Notes under the pieces: generated by a model
Told to the model about the DNA's origin: nothing
Seen by the model: only the letters and a program-made list of their open reading frames with translations
Database searches by the model: none
Shown: one piece after another, positions 56,117 to 64,000 of the stretch
Layout of the letters: each line of letters starts with the position of its first letter
How positions within the stretch are numbered: the stretch's first letter is position 1
Assembly (NCBI GenBank): GCA_977017575.1
Contig: CDRNVI010000054.1
Span: 310,001 to 374,000, forward strand
Direction: 5' to 3'
Origin: Paramoeba atlantica
Lineage: Eukaryota > Protista > Discosea
DNA length: 64,000 bases
Program-made: the position numbers and the translations under genes

Positions 56117-57082
56117 ATGCGTCTGTCTTCCTTCTGCATCCTCGCAGCCCTCCTTGTCTTCCCCGCAACCTCCCTGGCTGCCGCCCCCTCCACCGGTCCC
56201 CCCAACCCCTCCCCGTCCTCCGGTCGTCAACGTACCAAAAGTGCCGCACGTCGACTCTATCATGCCGCGAAACGTAAAATCCACGAAACCTTTGCGGATG
56301 AAGCGGAGGAAGAGGAGCATGAGAAGAAAAAGAACAGCAATAAGAAAGGAATCCATAAAGCACTCAACACATTTAGCGATTCGGATTCCGTTCTCCCGCA
56401 CGCGCTACACGACACCGCGCCGTTTGATACTTCTGCGATTCAGCACTCCGCAACGCAATTCGCCACTGATTTGGGATCCGAGCTCGCGGAACAAGCGCTG
56501 GCGGATTTGGAGAATGCGGAGACCCCAAGTCCGCATAGTTTGTTTCATCGGGTGAAAGCAAAGGCAAAGGCGTTTCTTCCCGGAGGGGAGAGTGGGGAAG
56601 AGATGAAGCTTTCATCTTCTGATTCTAATTCGGCATCTGATCGGGATCATACGGTGGAGGAAACCGAAGGCTATGTCTCGCGTATGATGTCGGGGGTTCA
56701 AAACTGGTGGGCAGGGAGCGATGGGGAAAAGAAAGAAGAAAATGCTCTAATGCCTCAAGAAATTGTAGACCCCATGACTGAGTTGCAGAAGGCCCATGCC
56801 CAGCTTTCGGAAATGATACAGGAGGAAGAGCAGGAGGAAAACGGAAGCGTCAAGTTGCGTTCCGCGAAACGAGCCGGGAAGTGGACCCCAAAGTACATTG
56901 TGCTGTGCGTGGGGATAAGTCTGGGACTGGTGCTGCTGCTCGCGACCGTGGCGATCTCGGGGTATAACCGGTACAAGCTCGCGCACCGTCCCGTGAGTGC
57001 GTTGGAGCGGAGCTTATGTGGGTCCAGTAGCCTAGCTCGCTCGCGTGCGGTGCGGAAGAATCCGTGTTACACCTACTTCTAA
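56117..57082 (+). CDS. Type I membrane protein of unknown function
   Basis: Signal peptide MRLSSFCILAALLVFPATSLAA, acidic ectodomain, TM YIVLCVGISLGLVLLLATVAI, basic tail. Confidence 0.7.
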   Translation: MRLSSFCILAALLVFPATSLAAAPSTGPPNPSPSSGRQRTKSAARRLYHAAKRKIHETFADEAEEEEHEKKKNSNKKGIHKALNTFSDSDSVLPHALHDTAPFDTSAIQHSATQFATDLGSELAEQALADLENAETPSPHSLFHRVKAKAKAFLPGGESGEEMKLSSSDSNSASDRDHTVEETEGYVSRMMSGVQNWWAGSDGEKKEENALMPQEIVDPMTELQKAHAQLSEMIQEEEQEENGSVKLRSAKRAGKWTPKYIVLCVGISLGLVLLLATVAISGYNRYKLAHRPVSALERSLCGSSSLARSRAVRKNPCYTYF

Positions 57083-57520
57083 ATATGTTGATGAAGAAAA
57101 CGATTTTGAAATGTGGAATTGGTATATACACAGGACCTCGTATGGAACAAATGAGTTGATGCATATTTTGTGGAACGAAACGTGTTTCACAATACGTAAT
57201 ATGTAGGGGCAATTTCGTTTACAATGACATTTTTAGGTTTCGAGAAAATTGGGAGTTCGAATATTTGTATATAGAGCGATATTTCTTGCGAACAATGAAT
57301 CACAATGAAGATGATGTAGACTAGTTGCTGAATTTTGCGAATATTTTGAAAGAAAACAGTTTTAGTTTTTGAGGTCCACCATTTGTTGCGTATACCAATG
57401 CAGAAATTTTTTCATCACTATAAACAAGAGGGATAAAGAAACGTTTTCATACAATGTTTACCGATGATTCATATTTCCAATTCCTCAAAACCATTTTTCT
57501 AACGCATATCTTTCCAAACA

Positions 57521-57766
57521 ATGTCTCGGGACGACAAACCCCTTAACGTTTGTCACGACAAAACAGAATATACCCGAATCCCGCAAGACTTTTTAGAGGA
57601 CGAACAAAAGCGTGGAGCCCAAGGCTCGGATGCTCTGAAACCCTGTGCCACCTGTGGTCGGTGCTTCCACCTTTCCCGAATAGACAAACATCAGAGTATT
57701 TGTCAAAACAATCAGCACAGTAGCACTCGTCGAGGTGTCTATAGGATACATCCTGCTCAAGAGTAA
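57521..57766 (+). CDS. Small C2HC zinc-finger protein
   Basis: LKPCATCGRCF...RIDKHQSIC. Confidence 0.65.
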   Translation: MSRDDKPLNVCHDKTEYTRIPQDFLEDEQKRGAQGSDALKPCATCGRCFHLSRIDKHQSICQNNQHSSTRRGVYRIHPAQE

Positions 57767-58149
57767 CGTTCAACAGAGTGGGCTAACGTAACGTTTGGAA
57801 TTACTCGCCAAGCTCGCTCTGTCCATTTGAGGGACCATCAGGCCACGTATCGAGGATACCAGGATACAATTCTGAAACCATGTGTAGCCCGAACCTCTCA
57901 CTCCAATTTTACAAACAACATTTGTACGTATTTATGCTGTACAAAACATGTTTTATTTTCTAAAGTGACCTTATCCTTCTAAAACTAAAAATACAAACCT
58001 AGAATTAAAATGAGATTCCTAAAAAAAATTGAAAAAAAATTAAGATAAAAAATGAAAATGTAAAAACTGTAAATAAATTTTTAACTTAAAAAAAACAATA
58101 AAAAAAGAAAAACAACCTTATCCTCTCCCTCTCTATTCGTATCCCCACC

Positions 58150-59325
58150 ATGTCCCACCCCCTCCCCATGTCCCTCTCCCTCACCCTCCCCCCCCTCCCC
58201 CTTCCCCCCACCACCTACACCGCCCTCACCACCACCGTCGCCCAGCTCCTGCAACCCGGCAAAGGGATCCTGGCCGCCGACGAGAGCACCGGCACCTGTG
58301 CGAAGCGATTCGACCCGATCGGTCTCGAGAACACTGTCGAAAACCGACAAAGGTACCGGGAGTTAATGCTCGCGGCTCCGGGGCTGGAAGACTGCATCAG
58401 TGGAGTGATCCTCCATGAGGAGACGCTGGGGCAAAGCGCGCGTGGCACTGGGGAGTCCTTTGCGAAGTTACTCGAAGGTAAAGGCATTGTTCCCGGGATT
58501 AAAACCGATGCCGGGCTTGTGCCGTTTGCGGCGGGAGCCGAAGGGGAGCAGATGACGATGGGGCTGGAGGGGTATGTGGCTCGACTGGAGAAGTATAAAG
58601 CCCTGGGGGCTCGTTTTACGAAATGGCGGAATGTGTACCGGTTGGATGCGCAGGGAAAGGTCTCGGCAAGTTTGGTGGAGTATAATGCCGCGACCCTGGC
58701 GATGTATGCGAAGTTAACGCAAAGTGTGGGGTTGGTGCCGATTGTGGAACCGGAGGTTTTGATGGAGGGGGGGCATAGTTTAGCGCAGTGTGCGGCCGCG
58801 AGTGTTCGGATCTGGCGTGCGGTGGCGGAGAAATTGTCGGAGTATGGTGTGGTCTGGGAGGGGATGTTGTTAAAACCCAGTATGGTCGTCCCTGGGGTCG
58901 AGAGTGCGGAAAAGAAGAACATGGAGACGACGGATATGGGCGCTGAAATTGCCAAAGCGACCGTGTACGCCTTACGTCGGGCTCTCCCGGCCGCGTGCCC
59001 CGGGGTTGTATTCCTCTCCGGCGGGTTGAGTGAGAAGGAAGCCACGCGGTACTTAAATGAGATGAATAAGGGGGCGGAGGGTTTGCAGGAGGTTCCGGGG
59101 GTTAGCTCCCCGCTTCCTTGGCAGCTGCGCTTTTCCTATGCTCGTGCGCTCCAGAGCTCAGCACTGCGACTATGGCAGGGGAAGGAGGAGAATGTGGAAA
59201 AAGCCCGGCAGGGATTACTGCACCGCGCACGGATGAACTCGCTAGCAACGTTGGGGAAGTACGATGCGAAGGAGGATGTTTGTGGTGAGGAGCAGTCATT
59301 GTTTGTCAAAGGTTACTCCTACTAA
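58150..59325 (+). CDS. ALD: Fructose-bisphosphate aldolase, class I
   Basis: GKGILAADESTG, KWR, PIVEPEV, Schiff-base LLKPSM, FLSGG, FSYARALQ, C-terminal Tyr. Confidence 0.97.
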   Translation: MSHPLPMSLSLTLPPLPLPPTTYTALTTTVAQLLQPGKGILAADESTGTCAKRFDPIGLENTVENRQRYRELMLAAPGLEDCISGVILHEETLGQSARGTGESFAKLLEGKGIVPGIKTDAGLVPFAAGAEGEQMTMGLEGYVARLEKYKALGARFTKWRNVYRLDAQGKVSASLVEYNAATLAMYAKLTQSVGLVPIVEPEVLMEGGHSLAQCAAASVRIWRAVAEKLSEYGVVWEGMLLKPSMVVPGVESAEKKNMETTDMGAEIAKATVYALRRALPAACPGVVFLSGGLSEKEATRYLNEMNKGAEGLQEVPGVSSPLPWQLRFSYARALQSSALRLWQGKEENVEKARQGLLHRARMNSLATLGKYDAKEDVCGEEQSLFVKGYSY

Positions 59326-59951
59326 GCACGTAAAGGTATGATGAATCCTATGGGTTAAACGAACGAGAATATAAAGCGGACGTGTGGAGTACTGTTTTAA
59401 AGTGTAAAAGGTGGGTTATAGAGCAAAAAATAGAACTCAACAGACTTTCTTTTTGCGGAGTGAGCTTGGGCATGAGAAGGAAAACGCGAGTGCGATTCGT
59501 GGTCGCACGTTTAAAAACTGTTGTTCGTGTTTTTGGTTGCGGTATGTGCATATGGCTTATATAAGCATAGCACCATTGGGTGTGTCCGGTAGTAATTTGT
59601 GGAATGAGTATGGGTTTGGGAATGTCTTGGGCGCCGTACGATGAGCGATTGTTGGGCAGTGAATATCAGTCACAGGAGGAGACGGAAAACCGTTCTTTTC
59701 TTAATTTTGCTGGATGACGCGTGTGATTTTGTATTTTTTTTAAAACTTTGGAAATACAAGGACTTACAACGTAGGCTGAAACAAAACTGTGTTGTAGTCT
59801 TCCAACATCGCAACGACAATTCGGAAATCGGAACACAACGTATAAAGCGCGAACCTCGTTTTCGTATTTATACTCTTTTTCGTGGATAAGCCCAAAATTT
59901 TAAAACCAAAACTATAATCATTTTCAAAATTAAAACAAATTCTCCAGTTTT

Positions 59952-61124
59952 ATGCCCAATTTGGCGTCGCTCTTGTTTTTGTGGCCATTCGTGATTGACT
60001 TCCATGCTAACGTGTTTTTCTTTCTGGCATGTGAGCCCCCGCTAAAAAGAAGAAAGTTTGGCAGCAAAGTAAGTGCGCTTACGGAAGATGATGATACTCG
60101 CATGAGACGCTTTGTAGCGCACGTTACCTATCGACCCGCTTATTGGCGTAATTCCTCCGTCCACGTGTGTCAGTGGGAAGGAGTGAATTGTGATGAACGC
60201 ATGCGTATTTTTTCTCTTCTCTTTGACGACATTGTCCTAAAAGGAAACCTTACTTGGCATGTCATGCCCGTTCGACTCTCTTATTTTGCAGCTAACGTTC
60301 CTTCAGGACGGAAGAGGAACTTGCATGGGACTATTCCAACAGCTTCGTTTCCAGCCTCGTTGGAATTTTTAGCTATGTCTCGTCATGCACATACTGGGCC
60401 GCTTGATTTATCATCACTACCAGAAAAAATGGAACTGCTACAGCTATCATGTAACTCACTCAGTGGGAATTTGCAATTTGGTAATTTACCTCAAAGTGTA
60501 GAGGGATTGAACCTCCACGGAAACTCTTTCAAAGGCAACCTACTTTTGGATAGTTTGCCACGTTCACTTACCGATCTAGATTTGGGCTGTAACTTGTTTG
60601 AAGGCGACTTAAGTTTATCATTGATTTCACCTTATTTGCATCGCCTTAATGTGCGCAACAACTTACTCTCGGGAAGTTTAGCCCTTGGCACATTACCTCC
60701 AAATATTGAGCTTCTGCGCCTGGATACCAACGATTTTAACGGCACCATAACTTTAGAAAGCCTACCTGCTAGTATAAAGGAGTTATCGCTGCAGTCGAAT
60801 AAGTTAACAGGATTCTTAAACTTGATGAGACTTCCTGATCTTATAAGTCTCAATGTCCGCGAGAATTTGTTTTTTGGGGTACTAGATTTGAAACATCTTC
60901 CTGACTCGTTGGAGGTTCTGAACTTGAGCAGAAATCAGTTTTCTGGCTACCTTGACTTATATGATATAGGAAAGGATACGCGGAATTTAAAACTTGATTT
61001 GCGGGACAATCTATTCGAGGCTGTGATCTATCACAAACATAAGCTTCCAAAACGATGGATCGAACAAAGTGTTCCGCGCTTATCCATGCGCGAATATCTA
61101 GACAAACATTTCGTATCTGAGTGA
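59952..61124 (+). CDS. LRR-family protein (copy 7, about 10 LRRs)
   Basis: GSKV, CQWEGVNC cap, regular LPxxLxxLxLxxNxFxG repeats. Confidence 0.88.
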   Translation: MPNLASLLFLWPFVIDFHANVFFFLACEPPLKRRKFGSKVSALTEDDDTRMRRFVAHVTYRPAYWRNSSVHVCQWEGVNCDERMRIFSLLFDDIVLKGNLTWHVMPVRLSYFAANVPSGRKRNLHGTIPTASFPASLEFLAMSRHAHTGPLDLSSLPEKMELLQLSCNSLSGNLQFGNLPQSVEGLNLHGNSFKGNLLLDSLPRSLTDLDLGCNLFEGDLSLSLISPYLHRLNVRNNLLSGSLALGTLPPNIELLRLDTNDFNGTITLESLPASIKELSLQSNKLTGFLNLMRLPDLISLNVRENLFFGVLDLKHLPDSLEVLNLSRNQFSGYLDLYDIGKDTRNLKLDLRDNLFEAVIYHKHKLPKRWIEQSVPRLSMREYLDKHFVSE

Positions 61125-61819
61125 GAACATCGTACACTCTCCCCCTATTCATGCTCTTTTTCTTGCGTACTCTTGTTTTTTGTTTATTTCTTGCTTAGAT
61201 GTTACTCTTGCTCACATTTTATTCAATTAGGGCTTGTATTTGCTCAATCACTTACACATCTTCTTTTAAATCTTCTTCATTCTACACTGGGATTCGCTTG
61301 CTTTGCTGCGTTGTCCACACTGGATTTTATGTAGAGGTAGGCACTACATATTTTCGTTTATCGTATGTATACAAACAGTAGTTGCATGATTTACATATCT
61401 AGTTGCACGATCAAGCCACGATCTAGTGTCATTAGGTACATCTGTATACCTGGTATACAATCTGTATACCTGTAGGTAAAAGCTGTAGGTACTAAAATAT
61501 TTTGACTTGCTTTATTATAATAATGTTAGAATGGGAACAAATCTAAATTACCTCAACACTATTCATCGGCACAGTGGGGCGAAGAAAGGAAAACACCCTC
61601 ATCGGATAGAGACCCAGATTACTTGGCTTGGGGCTAAATATTTTAAAACGGGAGCCCATTTTCCAATTTTTTTGAAATATTTTTAAAAACCCGGAAATAA
61701 AGGATATCTATAATTTTTGGTGGCTATTATGTGCATATTGATAGTTTCAACACTAACTAACGAATCCGGAATTCTTTGTACCGAAAATTCCGTTCGTTTG
61801 GTCCATTGTTTAAATAAGA

Positions 61820-62452
61820 ATGTCAACGAGTCTCTTTAGCTTCAGCGGTGCAGATATCTCTCGTCCTTCCAAAGTCAAAGGCACGTTCCTCCCGCAAGAA
61901 TATGAAATGGCTCGGTTCCTAGCCAACATTTCGAACCCTCATCCTTCATGGAGACCCACCACTACACTTTGTGAATGGCATAGCGTATACTGCGATGAAG
62001 AAAAGCGTGTGAACTATATTGATTTAGGAGCGACCGATCTTTTCGATACTGAGTATAAATATTTCGGGACGCTGGCTTGGAGCCATATGCCGCGTACAAC
62101 GGATCACTTTGTTATGTCGGATCAGGAAGGTGTCACAGGTACGTTGCCCATTGCATACCTTCCTATAGCACTCACCAGATTTTTACTGCTTTCCTGCGAT
62201 CTATTCGGCTTCGTTGATCTTACAATCTTACCTCCTGGGTTAAGAAGATCTCTTACCAACAACCGATTTTGTGGAACGCTCGATCTGACTAGTTTACCTG
62301 CAACGCTGGTGTCGCTAGACTTATATGGTAATGAATTCGAAGGCCCTGTAGACCTTTCAAAACTGCCAGCGTCATTAAAAGACGCTGTGTTATCAGGAAA
62401 TAAGCTCTATGCAATAACTGAAATTCCCTCATTTATTAATTATAAATTTTAA
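61820..62452 (+). CDS. LRR-family protein (copy 8)
   Basis: SKVKGTFLPQEYEMARF N-terminus, CEWHSVYC cap, LRRs. Confidence 0.85.
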   Translation: MSTSLFSFSGADISRPSKVKGTFLPQEYEMARFLANISNPHPSWRPTTTLCEWHSVYCDEEKRVNYIDLGATDLFDTEYKYFGTLAWSHMPRTTDHFVMSDQEGVTGTLPIAYLPIALTRFLLLSCDLFGFVDLTILPPGLRRSLTNNRFCGTLDLTSLPATLVSLDLYGNEFEGPVDLSKLPASLKDAVLSGNKLYAITEIPSFINYKF

Positions 62453-64000
62453 GGACGAATTGGAATAATGGTACATGGAAAGAATTTCCAATGATCTATT
62501 TAGAGGGTTGAAACCTGTCAAATTTTGTCGGGTTTTGCCAGGTTTTGGGTGGATACCTTTTTTTTGGTGTGTCATTTTAGGAGACATTCTACAACTCCAA
62601 GAAGGCGTATCTTGTGAAAACGACGGTATAGAAAGCTCGTATAGGTCCCAAACTCTCAAAATACAATAGACGAAACGATTGCTAAAAATATTGTATTGTT
62701 TGGGGGGTGTAGACTTCCGGTGGGCCAGTGGAAAAAAAATCTCCTTTTTCAATTTTTCGTAATTTTTCTGAAAACTTTTTGTTCTTTTTTATGTGATGAA
62801 TACAAGACGGTAATCTAACACGCATGATTACACAATGTCTAATACATTTGGACACAATGTTTAATACATTTGGTTGTTTCTATTTTTTTTGTCAAGTTAA
62901 TTGTCTTCAATATGCAGGAAATATGTAAGCCGGCGACAGTAATTCAACATTAACATACAGAATATAGAAAATCCTTGTATATAGAAAATCCTTTTCAAAA
63001 AACTTGAATATTACCGTATATACAGCCATGGACAGAAGTGTGCCCCCGGCCTGGCAAATGCCATTTTTTTTATCCGTTTTTTCTCATTTTTGCAGCATTC
63101 GAGAGATCTCGTAAGTTAGTACAGTTAGTTTTTAATAGGGCCCAAAAATATAATATGCAATAGGATATACAGAATATGTTAAATTTGAATACCGACATAG
63201 TAAGAGACCACTGTGTACACACTATATATACGGGACACTGTGTACACACTATATGACAAAATGATTTCAGTTTTAAGACATAATGGATTACTTGATTTTC
63301 AATAATGGTGAATTACACTGGAAATACATTGTATCTATCAGTCTGATAGATCAGTCTGATTCAGAGGTCAAGAGGCCAAAAAAGATGAGTATTTCTAATA
63401 GCTACAATACTCACTATACGTTATATACACGTTGTTTGTAGCTTTACAAACAGGACACTTCTTATGACTGCGAAAACTGCCTTTCTATGTCGGACGTAAT
63501 CCATCTTGAGTACAGTAAACGTCACTATTCTCAGAATACTCAGTTGTACGTTGACACAGAAAAAACGGCTTTTTTGTCGTTTTTCGTCACTATTCTCAGA
63601 ATTGGTCTATTGAACGTTGACAGGCACTTTTTTATGAGGTCAAATCATAATTCTCATTTTTAAAAAAGAAAACGTTTTGCAAGAAAAATGTTAGCAGCGG
63701 AGCAACAGGCCGCTTTGGGTGCACAAAAACGACCCCCAGAGATCTCCAACTATCTCCTTGGTTTGCGGAGTCCCCGCTCTATCAGAAGAACACCGCGCAG
63801 TCAAACAGCGCCAGTTTTCCTTTTGTGTATTAGCGTTTTGTTTTCAGAAAAACAAAGTTTCATTACTCGTAGTCACCTAAATCAGTGTTTTCTTTTCTTT
63901 TTTTGGTCTCACAGACATTTATATGCCTTTCATGAATGGAAGAAGAGAAGGGACAACGATAAAAATGATCTCAAGTGATCCTCTGTGACCCCAATCGGTG

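Overview
This is an intronless eukaryotic chromosome segment, most likely from a kinetoplastid and possibly a Perkinsela-like lineage (inference). All ~21 recognisable host genes lie on the + strand, as in a polycistronic cluster: an Obg GTPase, NSA2, mitochondrial L12, an IscA/ISCA2 protein, class I aldolase, TLC, Canopy-like and zinc-ribbon proteins, membrane proteins, and eight members of one LRR family. Two probable C/D snoRNAs lie on the same strand. The intergenic space is packed with mobile DNA: Tc1/mariner elements and MITEs, three Merlin families, a hAT relic, CRE-clade fragments and a possible DIRS-type relic. Main discoveries: (1) a HERO/NeSL-like LINE and three non-autonomous relatives all start at the same base with a 20-23-nt sequence matching the 3' half of the kinetoplastid spliced-leader (SL) exon, and three of the four share a 3' tail; (2) a bacterial-type IS30 transposon sits inside that LINE and is itself split by a Tc1 element, and removing each insert restores the interrupted reading frame; (3) an RT-less, intact, sense-strand restriction-like-endonuclease ORF may be domesticated; (4) a twister-ribozyme-like core lies next to a tandem array of covarying UUCG hairpins. 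All family assignments come from motifs read by eye; no database searches were run.
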